This document shows positions 7,503-14,290 of a DNA stretch of 14,290 nucleotides, in pieces. The stretch's first letter is position 1. Every line of letters begins with the position of its first letter. The position numbers and the translations under genes were made by a program. The notes under the pieces are model-generated. The model was not told the DNA's origin. It was given only the letters and a program-made list of their open reading frames with translations, and did no database searches. Source of the DNA: Candidatus Brocadiia bacterium (GTDB taxonomy: Bacteria > Planctomycetota > Brocadiia > SM23-32); assembly GCA_046538485.1 (NCBI GenBank), contig JBKHIT010000086.1:1-14290 (forward strand), given 5' to 3'.

Positions 7503-8948
7503 TTATTCGCCCGTATACAGACGGCCGAAGTAAGCACTGTATCCTTCCGGACCGGGATAACCGTTCCAATACGCGATGTCAGTGGGCCATTCGGAAGCTC
7601 CATGGCTTCGCAACCATTCAACGATTTGTGGGTGAGCGCCATGTGCCTCAAGTTCGTCGATTGCTTTTCGATGCATTTCTTCGACCAGATCGGGATGTTG
7701 ATCGGAGACTTCTTCGAGCGAGCCAAGGGCAGTCAGCCGACAAAACTGCGGTTTTGCGGCCACTTCCAGATACCAGTTGCGGTCGAAGACGGTGAACAGG
7801 ATCTTTTCGGCATCGCCGTCCCACCCATCCGCTCGATTGCCGGCAATCGCCACATCACGCGGGCCGCCGGATCCTGCCTCTTCCAGCGCTAAAACATTAT
7901 GGGAATCAAGGGCATCCGGAACCGGTTGATCCAACATTCCCATGACGGTGGCGTAGATGTCCTGGGGCTGGACGATGATACTGCTCTGACCGGTTGGCCC
8001 TGTCGGCTTCCTGATCATAAACGGGGTCCGGGCTTCCTGTTCGCGAACGGGATATCCTTTGCCGAATCGACCTCTTTCGCCGACGTTGGTGCCGTGGTCC
8101 GCTGTGAACAAAACGGCGGTGTTTTCAGAGAGCCCGGTTTCATCAAGCGTGTCGAGGAATTGACCGACCCAGTGGTCGACCCAGCTCACTTTGGCAGCGT
8201 ACTGGGCCGCCACATGATCTCGGGCTTCTTCCGGCAGATCTTCGTGATTGCGCAGCACAAACGACCGCGGATCAATTGTTCCATCGTAGCCTTCGCGTTG
8301 GTCGTGTTTTTGCATGAACTCCGGGGGGGCATCCCACGGCTCGTGCGGATCGAAGCAGTCGACCCAGAGGAAAAAATTATCGCGGGAGGAGTTATCCTTC
8401 AGCCATTGGCTCGCTGTGAGAAAGAGACGTGCGCAATTCCAATCCTCGTGTTTTTCCCGTCCCCGGTTTGCCCGTGAATAGGTCAGAACCGTGCGGTTTT
8501 CCATGACGTCAATATCTGCAAAATCGAAGAGGGGGTCTTGCTTCCAGTTACTGAGCCATTCACGGGAATCGTCGATCCACGGACGATCGACTTCCGCTCC
8601 GCGGACGGGGGTCCAGGCGTGGAAAGGCCAATCGAAATTATGACCACCGTTGACCAGATGGGGCGTATCGTGGATCAGCTGTGTGCACCACCCTGTTTTG
8701 CCGAGTTCTTCGACGAATGTTTTCCGGTCGTGGCGGAGCGGCATCCAGGGGTGAAAAGGTTCACCATATTGACCGGTTATCACATCTGTTCGGTGGGGAA
8801 TTGTAGGATAACTGTGGACGAAACTGAAATCGTAGACCATGGATTCTTTTGCGAGATTGTCTATATTAGGTGTCTCGATCCAATCGTTTCCGTAAGCCCC
8901 GAGGTAATCCCGGCGCAAGGTGTCGATGATAATGGCCACCACGTTCAT
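7503..8948 (-). CDS. Sulfatase-like hydrolase (alkaline phosphatase superfamily) with Thr at the nucleophile position
   Basis: 481 aa with GGAGG SD. MNVVAIIIDTLRRDYLGAYG...TPNIDNLA, signature SYPTIPHRTDVITG, FFLWVDCFDPHEPWDAP, VDHWVGQFLD, NTAVLFTADHG and DIYATV. No signal peptide. Confidence 0.9.
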   Translation of the reverse strand: MNVVAIIIDTLRRDYLGAYGNDWIETPNIDNLAKESMVYDFSFVHSYPTIPHRTDVITGQYGEPFHPWMPLRHDRKTFVEELGKTGWCTQLIHDTPHLVNGGHNFDWPFHAWTPVRGAEVDRPWIDDSREWLSNWKQDPLFDFADIDVMENRTVLTYSRANRGREKHEDWNCARLFLTASQWLKDNSSRDNFFLWVDCFDPHEPWDAPPEFMQKHDQREGYDGTIDPRSFVLRNHEDLPEEARDHVAAQYAAKVSWVDHWVGQFLDTLDETGLSENTAVLFTADHGTNVGERGRFGKGYPVREQEARTPFMIRKPTGPTGQSSIIVQPQDIYATVMGMLDQPVPDALDSHNVLALEEAGSGGPRDVAIAGNRADGWDGDAEKILFTVFDRNWYLEVAAKPQFCRLTALGSLEEVSDQHPDLVEEMHRKAIDELEAHGAHPQIVEWLRSHGASEWPTDIAYWNGYPGPEGYSAYFGRLYTGE

Positions 8949-9011
8949 TGTTTGCCTCCAGTAACTGGGGAAGCGGGATACAGAATGCGCACAAGCGCTA
9001 ACAAGCCGTTA

Positions 9012-9040
9012 AGATTAGAAGGGTGGCAGGGGGATGTCAA
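9012..9040 (-). promoter_or_regulatory. Sigma70-type promoter for the sulfatase-like gene cluster
   Basis: Minus strand TTGACA (9040-9035), 17-bp spacer, TAATCT (9017-9012). Confidence 0.65.
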
Positions 9041-9061
9041 GCCTCACCGTTTGGGAGCACG

Positions 9062-9090
9062 TTGACGCTCTGGCCTTATTCTTGTAGCAT
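9062..9090 (+). promoter_or_regulatory. Sigma70-type promoter for the receiver-domain gene
   Basis: TTGACG (9062-9067), 17-bp spacer, TAGCAT (9085-9090). Back-to-back with the sulfatase promoter. Confidence 0.6.
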
Positions 9091-9156
9091 AAGTGGGTGT
9101 GGTAATTTTCGCTGGGGGCTGAAAAGCCTGTAGTTAGTGCTCAGGAGGTAAATATC

Positions 9157-9540
9157 TTGGCCGAAAAGAAAGTTTTATTGGTTGACGATGACGAAGAATT
9201 TGTGGAAGTCACAAAGATTTTGCTTGAGAACAACGATTACACTGTGGTAACCGCACATAGCGGCAAGGAGGTCCAGAAAACCACTCTTGAGGAGGAACCG
9301 GACCTCGTCATTCTGGATGTGATGATGGAGACGGAGTCGGCGGGATTTGAAGCAGCGCGTCTGCTGAGGAGCGAGGAGGCGACAAAAGATATCCCTATTA
9401 TTATGCTGACGGCTGTAAACGAAAAGTATCCCTACGGTTTTGAGTCGAATGAAATCTGGTTACCGGTGGATAAATTTTTTGAGAAACCCGTGGAACCCGA
9501 CGAATTGCTGCTCGAAGTTAAGGACAGCCTTTCAGAATGA
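9157..9540 (+). CDS. Single-domain response regulator (CheY-like receiver)
   Basis: 127 aa, TTG start with AGGAGG SD. VLLVDDD, PDLVILDVMM (phospho-Asp), IPIIMLTA and FEKP. No output domain. Confidence 0.93.
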   Translation: MAEKKVLLVDDDEEFVEVTKILLENNDYTVVTAHSGKEVQKTTLEEEPDLVILDVMMETESAGFEAARLLRSEEATKDIPIIMLTAVNEKYPYGFESNEIWLPVDKFFEKPVEPDELLLEVKDSLSE

Positions 9541-9694
9541 TATTTTAATTTACCCCCAGATTCACAACTTCTGGCTGGCTATGACAGACCACTTGGTAAC
9601 AGAGAAATTTATCAGAAGAGGTGCTGGCGCCACTCTAAAGTCTTTGCTGTACGGACGTTCCACCTGAAAGGGCCAGGAGATAAGCATATTCTGT

Positions 9695-10216
9695 TTATTC
9701 AGAGATGCTTTTCATTGCGTCGTAAAGTTTGTCATAGTCCGGTTCATCAGTAATTTCTTTGACAATTTCCTTGTAACGCACTGTCAATTCGTTGTCCACA
9801 AGAAAAACCGACCGTGCCAATAATCGTTTGTTTTTAATAAGCACCCCGTAAGCCGTGCCGAAAGACGCATCTCTGTGGTCGGAATAGGTGTCAACCTGGT
9901 CGACATTTTCGCGACCGCACCAGCGTTGCTGAGCGAAAGGCAAATCCATACTTATTACAAGAATACTCAAGGAAGGAATGAGGTCAGCCGCTTCTTCGTT
10001 AAATCGTTTTGCTTGAGTATCACACACGGGGGTATCGAGGCTCACCACAGAGGAGATAAGGTGGGGTTCATTGTTCATGGAGGAGAAGGTAACGGAAGAA
10101 AGGTTACTGTCTGTGACAATAAAATCGGGGGCTTTATCGCCCACCCTGACACGGTTACCGATCAGGACAACTGGTTCTCCCCCCATACTAACTTCGACGC
10201 CACGATCATTTTCCAT
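9695..10216 (-). CDS. tpx: Thiol peroxidase (Tpx subfamily, atypical 2-Cys peroxiredoxin)
   Basis: VGDKAPDF, SLDTPVC (peroxidatic Cys), ISMDLPFAQQRWCG (resolving Cys), SFGTAYGVLI, LLARSVF and EPDYD. Start moved from 10246 to ATG 10216 because an AGGAG SD precedes it and MENDRGVEVSMGGEPV fits the usual Tpx N-terminus. Confidence 0.93.
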   Translation of the reverse strand: MENDRGVEVSMGGEPVVLIGNRVRVGDKAPDFIVTDSNLSSVTFSSMNNEPHLISSVVSLDTPVCDTQAKRFNEEAADLIPSLSILVISMDLPFAQQRWCGRENVDQVDTYSDHRDASFGTAYGVLIKNKRLLARSVFLVDNELTVRYKEIVKEITDEPDYDKLYDAMKSISE

Positions 10217-10270
10217 GTCAGTTGCACTCCTGGATGAATAAATCATTTTGTTTTCAGGTTTGTTGGGATT

Positions 10271-10489
10271 CTATTTGAGAATTCCTGTATGAATTGACAT
10301 AGAGGATTCGTCTGGTTGCTCGTCTCCACCGAAACCATAGTCAGAGCGTGGCTCCTGATTCTCGAGTCTCACAGGATAGCGCGTGCCGCAAACGCAGCGA
10401 ACGGTGGACGAAGGGCAATCCGGGTCGATGGACCGTGTCATTTTTCGTCCGCATTCTTTACAGGTAACGGCAATATCGATGTTTTCCAT
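10271..10489 (-). CDS. Small Cys-rich (zinc-ribbon-like) protein, 72 aa
   Basis: GAGGA SD. VTCKECGRKM...VRCVCGTRY knuckle pair (CxxCG...CxCG), an extra Cys (DPDCP) and an acidic tail. Co-oriented and 54 bp upstream of the proposed tpx start. Confidence 0.7.
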   Translation of the reverse strand: MENIDIAVTCKECGRKMTRSIDPDCPSSTVRCVCGTRYPVRLENQEPRSDYGFGGDEQPDESSMSIHTGILK

Positions 10490-10666
10490 TGTCTTTCCTC
10501 ACCAGCGGTTATATGAGTTAACACGGGCAAAAGATCTGTCTTGTTCTGTTCTTGATTGATCGATCTCTGTGCCCGGCCCTTTTAACAGTAACGAGTACAT
10601 TCTCATGTTTTTCACCGGTACTCTTCTGTTCTCTGAATTTCCATTTATTGTTTTATCAACAATCCT

Positions 10667-10710
10667 AGAATAACTTCACTGCAGGAAAGGGCAATAGGGG
10701 AGTCCCTGAT
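10667..10710 (-). promoter_or_regulatory. Putative activator-dependent promoter with an inverted repeat at the -35
   Basis: Minus strand ATCAGGGA-C-TCCCCTAT (10710-10694, imperfect palindrome) runs into TTGCCC (10694-10689), 16-bp spacer, TATTCT (10672-10667). Confidence 0.5.
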
Positions 10711-11066
10711 AATTGGGTTCGAAAAGCCTGAGTACTTTTCTCGAAGGTGTTCTTCCCGGCGGGCGTCGATGAGCGTTTATTGAAAAGGACAAAAAGTTGG
10801 AGCATCTGATACGGGAAAAGGGCGAGTTCGACTATTGGCGCAAAGGAGGCGGAAACAGTTCGGTTTATCTATCCGGGGGCGATTCGTTTAGCCCGACTGT
10901 CGAGTGAGAAACCCGCCGATGTGGCATCGATTGATGCAAGCAATATTGCCGCTCTGCGCGAGACTCCAGTGAATTATTTTGCCGTGACGTAGCAAAGCTG
11001 CCTGCTTTTTAGAGGCACACAAAAGTGCTTGAAATATGCGGGTTAAGGGTTTTGGCACAACGGGAT

Positions 11067-11720
11067 TCAATCTTCCAGCGAAGTCAGTCCTTCTTTGATG
11101 GCATATTTGGTGAGCTGGGCAATGCTATCGACCCCGACTTTTTTCATGGTGTTACGGCGGTGGGTCTCAATGGTTTTTGGGCTGACATCCAGTTCATTTG
11201 CGATCTCCCGCGTGGTCCTGCCTTCGGCAAGCAATTGAAGCACTTCCCGTTCTCTGGGCGTTAGATCCACCGAAGTACTGATTTCATTTCTGGGGAGGTG
11301 CCGGAGATAATCGTCCACGACCGTCCCCGCAATTTTGGGACTGAGATAAGTGCTACCCGAGAGGACTGTTCGGATGGCTTCAATCAGTTCCTCGAACGCG
11401 CAGTCCTTGAGCAAGTATCCAGAGGCACCTGCCTCCAGCATGCGTGCCACATATTCTCTGTCTTCATGCATGGAAAGTGCTATGACCCGCACGAGTTCTG
11501 AGTTTTCCCGAATTTTGCGGGTGGCTTCCACGCCATTCAGGTGCGGCATAGCCACATCCATAATAATAATATCGGGCATGATTTCGTCGGCAAGTTTAAC
11601 GGCCTCCCGCCCATCCGATGCGGTATCGACCACTTGCATATCCGCCTGCTCATTGACGAGAGAACTGAGCCCTTCCCGCATAATCAAATGATCATCCGCC
11701 AGAAGCACACGTATGGCCAT
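11067..11720 (-). CDS. NarL/FixJ-family DNA-binding response regulator (REC + LuxR HTH)
   Basis: 217 aa with GGAGG SD. VLLADDH, PDIIIMDVAMP, ALSMH, GYLLKD and LuxR HTH LTPREREVLQLLAEG...EIANELDVSPKTIETHRRN. Confidence 0.96.
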   Translation of the reverse strand: MAIRVLLADDHLIMREGLSSLVNEQADMQVVDTASDGREAVKLADEIMPDIIIMDVAMPHLNGVEATRKIRENSELVRVIALSMHEDREYVARMLEAGASGYLLKDCAFEELIEAIRTVLSGSTYLSPKIAGTVVDDYLRHLPRNEISTSVDLTPREREVLQLLAEGRTTREIANELDVSPKTIETHRRNTMKKVGVDSIAQLTKYAIKEGLTSLED

Positions 11721-11742
11721 CTTCCCCTCCAGAGTATTTTGA

Positions 11743-14034
11743 TCAGTTATCGATAGGGAGTGATAGCGTAACTTTGGTTCCCATACCGGGCTGCGAATCG
11801 ATTACGAGCTTTCCGCCAAGGCGGTCAAGTCTCTCTTGAATATGAAAGAGTCCGAATCCGGCATCCGGGGAGATCCCCGCGCTGGTTTCGAAGCCTTTAC
11901 CGTCATCGTTTACCGTCACTTTCACTGTTTCATCTTCGCACTGCAGGGCAAGGGCGACCTTATCGGAATCCGCATGTTTGACAACGTTCATGAGGAGCTC
12001 TCGTGCGGACTGAAAGAGAATAACACTAATATCCTTACCGAGATTTTCCGGTTCACATTCGATTTCGCATGCGGCGTCTAATTCATATCTATCCGCGATT
12101 TTGGCGGTCAATTTATCAAGCGCTGCTGCCAGGCCGACATCATACAAAATCGGCGGGCTCAATTCGAACATAAGGGAACGGCTGTGTTTAATGGCATCGT
12201 CCAGATATTGCCCCAGTTCATCCAGTTCCTCGCGTGGCCCCTGAGATTCCACAAGATTGCGTATGCTGCCGAGCTTCATTTTTGAAAGGGCCAGGGTTTG
12301 GGCGATGGAATCGTGAAGGGCAGCGGAGAGTCGGCGCCGTTCTCGCTCTTCAGCAAGGGAAAGTTCGGACGTCAATTCGCGGAGCTGGTCTTGATAGCGC
12401 CGTATCTTTCGCTCGGCTTTTTTTTCGGCGGTAATATCGCGCAGAATATGGACACAACCCATCATAGCACCCTCATCGTCACTCACCGGATCGGCCGATA
12501 CAAGAAACCAGCGATTTTTCATAAATCGCTCGGAACTTTCTCTCTTGTTTGTTTTGAGGGATTTCTCGAGCGGACAGTTGCGGCTGGTGACAGGCCGGCA
12601 TTGCATCAGTTCACTGCAATCAGTCCCCTTCAGCTCTTCCCGGGATTGACCAAAGAAATCGGCCATTGTGCGATTGGCATTAGCGATTTTGCGTTCTGGC
12701 GTTATGATCGCCACCATATCCTGCATGGCATCGAACGTCTCTTCCCATTGGTTTGCCAGTGCCCTCTGCTGCTCTTCTGCTGCAGCAAGCTGGCGAGTCC
12801 GTTCTTTTACACGTTCTTCAAGTCGATTTCTTGCTTCTCGGAGAGCATCTTCCATCCTTTTTCGTTCGGTAATGTCGTGATGTGCCGCGACAACGGCAAC
12901 GAGATCTCCTTGCTGGTCCCGGACGGGGGTGGCATGGCAAAGCACTGTCCGAAACGACCCATCTCCTCTGCGTATCTCAAGCTGTTCGTTCCGCATGGGC
13001 TCACCCGTCCGCAGGGAACGTTGGAGGGGAACTTCCGAAGGAGGGCACGGTTTTCCGTTTTGATAGAAAAAGCGGCGACTGCTCTCCGGGGATGCGCCTT
13101 CAGGGGCTATGAGCTCTGAATAGGCCCTGTTGGCGAGGATGGTTTCACCTTCGGCGTCGGTCGTTACGATTGCATCGGGCATTTCCTGGAGGACGGCTTC
13201 CAGAAGCGCTCTTTCCTGTTGGATGGTGGATCGATTCTTTTCGAGGTCACGGAAAAGCAGCGCGAAAGGTCGGCGCAAACCGGTTTCGATGACAGCTTTA
13301 TAAAGGAAATAGAAAGAAATAATTTTCAACATGTGCCCCAGCCAATTCATGGGATCGTCTGCGTTTCTAAAGGCCGTGAAAGATATTTCGGACAAAACCG
13401 TTCCAATAATCGAAATGGCGAGAAAGGCGAGAACACCTTTGTTCAGTTTATTCCGTTTGCGATAGAAAACCCCGAGAGCTCCCAGCAAAGTTACAGAGAT
13501 AATGTATTCCGAGAGTTTTTTGAAAGCGGTCAGTTGTTCGGTTTCGGGATCCCAAACGGGGGCAACGTTTTGGGTGAAGACCGCATAAAGCAGGACCCCG
13601 ACGGTGATGGAATAGAGCGCGAAGACAGGAGCGGGGGGGATCTTACGGCCGAGGAGATGAGCGGCTGCCAGCAGCGAAGCGGCTTCGAGCACACGGGCTG
13701 ATAACCAGATCTGAGCCGCGAGATTCAAACCGCCCTGGCCAAATACATTGAGCCCGGGAAATGCCAGGGTATGTGTCAGGTCCAGAGTTCCGACAAAAAG
13801 ATATGCAATTCCCAGAAACTGAAGATAGTTGTCACGCAGGAACTGACGACAATTCCAACAGAATGTGAACATCGCGAATGCAATAACGATGCTGAAGATC
13901 TCAGCAGCACTGTGGAAAAGCAGGTAATTGAAAAAGCTGACCACTGTCAGCAGGAGAAGAACGGCTGCAAAGACCGGAGTCCATGAAGACCTTTTCGTCT
14001 GCTGCTGCCGTCGGCCGGGAAATGAGTTGCCCAT
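11743..14034 (-). CDS. Membrane sensor histidine kinase: MASE3 + two PAS + HisKA_3 + HATPase_c
   Basis: 763 aa. MASE3-like membrane region (NYLLFHSAAEIFSIVIA, LDLTHTLAFPG, WLSARVLEA, LGHMLKIISF). PAS domains ending HDITERK and RDITAEK. H-box ERERRRLSAALHDSIAQTL, N-box ELLMNVVKHA, G-boxes DDGKGF, GFGL and PGMGT. Ends 22 bp before the NarL-type gene. Confidence 0.93.
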   Translation of the reverse strand: MGNSFPGRRQQQTKRSSWTPVFAAVLLLLTVVSFFNYLLFHSAAEIFSIVIAFAMFTFCWNCRQFLRDNYLQFLGIAYLFVGTLDLTHTLAFPGLNVFGQGGLNLAAQIWLSARVLEAASLLAAAHLLGRKIPPAPVFALYSITVGVLLYAVFTQNVAPVWDPETEQLTAFKKLSEYIISVTLLGALGVFYRKRNKLNKGVLAFLAISIIGTVLSEISFTAFRNADDPMNWLGHMLKIISFYFLYKAVIETGLRRPFALLFRDLEKNRSTIQQERALLEAVLQEMPDAIVTTDAEGETILANRAYSELIAPEGASPESSRRFFYQNGKPCPPSEVPLQRSLRTGEPMRNEQLEIRRGDGSFRTVLCHATPVRDQQGDLVAVVAAHHDITERKRMEDALREARNRLEERVKERTRQLAAAEEQQRALANQWEETFDAMQDMVAIITPERKIANANRTMADFFGQSREELKGTDCSELMQCRPVTSRNCPLEKSLKTNKRESSERFMKNRWFLVSADPVSDDEGAMMGCVHILRDITAEKKAERKIRRYQDQLRELTSELSLAEERERRRLSAALHDSIAQTLALSKMKLGSIRNLVESQGPREELDELGQYLDDAIKHSRSLMFELSPPILYDVGLAAALDKLTAKIADRYELDAACEIECEPENLGKDISVILFQSARELLMNVVKHADSDKVALALQCEDETVKVTVNDDGKGFETSAGISPDAGFGLFHIQERLDRLGGKLVIDSQPGMGTKVTLSLPIDN

Positions 14035-14186
14035 CGAAAAATCTGGTTCCGGAGAAAAATCGTGTTCAATAAAGCAACGAAACGACTGACGAGGATTTTA
14101 CAGATAAATCGAAACAACCGATGTTAAACCTACTTCTATCTGTTCCTTGAAAAGGCGTCACAGCTCAGAATGCATGCCACATTGCC

Positions 14187-14215
14187 ATTATGAAACTCTC
14201 CCGAGAACAGTTCAA
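14187..14215 (-). promoter_or_regulatory. Sigma70-type promoter for the two-component operon
   Basis: Minus strand TTGAAC (14215-14210), 17-bp spacer, CATAAT (14192-14187). Confidence 0.5.
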
Positions 14216-14290
14216 CTGATCCCAAAAAAGCAGCTATTAATGGTTAGATGCAAGATGAAAGTGCGCCACCCGGCGGGAATTTCTCCTTTG

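Noticed and set aside
2503..9065. Many overlapping opposite-strand or off-frame ORFs (e.g. 4911..5519, 6044..6571, 7416..7892, 7899..8477, 8538..9065)
   Set aside because: They overlap well-supported genes and lack motifs, as expected for antisense shadows.
10499..10606. 35-codon minus-strand ORF MRMYSLLLKG...YNRW ending at the SD of the 72-aa gene
   Set aside because: No clear SD and no motif, and it coincides with an RNA hairpin. It cannot be supported as a leader peptide from sequence alone.
10779..10907. Short plus-strand frame IEKDKKLEHLIREKGEFDYWRKG...
   Set aside because: Preceded by an in-frame stop with only a weak TTG start and no recognisable domain. Not enough to call a gene or pseudogene.
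10922..11060. Sigma54-like TGGCA motifs (TGGCATCGATTGATGC and TTGGCACAACGGGA)
   Set aside because: GG-to-GC spacing is 11 rather than 10 in the first, the -12 GC is missing in the second, and no plus-strand gene follows.
11025..13986. Plus-strand ORFs over the two-component genes (e.g. 12298..13119, 13219..13701)
   Set aside because: Antisense shadows of the kinase and regulator genes with no domain signatures.
1..14290. CRISPR arrays, tRNA/rRNA genes, IS elements, integrases and defence systems
   Set aside because: No regularly spaced direct repeats, cloverleaf or T-loop motifs, terminal inverted repeats, or transposase, nuclease or reverse transcriptase motifs were seen on reading both strands.

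Overview
Bacterial chromosomal segment with 12 protein-coding genes. The gene families present (DUF6785/DUF6784-type membrane protein, Asp-box beta-propeller, sulfatase-like enzyme, CBM9-like protein) suggest a Planctomycetota/PVC-like organism, which is an inference. Left to right: (1) the 5' part of a secreted FlgD-Ig/Ig-like repeat protein on the minus strand (1..1069), absent from the ORF track because it runs off the window; (2) a structured intergenic region with a long folded 5' leader and a candidate orphan C-rich small RNA ending in an intrinsic terminator; (3) a PPC/DUF296 protein and a lipoprotein; (4) a minus-strand run of sulfatase-like enzyme, beta-propeller hydrolase, DUF6785/6784 membrane protein and CBM9-like protein; (5) a stand-alone receiver protein; (6) a minus-strand block of MASE3-PAS-PAS-HisKA_3 kinase, NarL-family regulator, 72-aa Cys-rich protein and thiol peroxidase Tpx. 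No tRNA, rRNA, CRISPR array or mobile element was seen. The best leads are the candidate sRNA (about 1421-1595), a Thr in place of the sulfatase Cys/Ser nucleophile, an inverted repeat abutting the -35 of the small protein/tpx promoter, and an antisense promoter with a G9 tract in its spacer. All domain calls come from motif recognition by eye, with no database searches.
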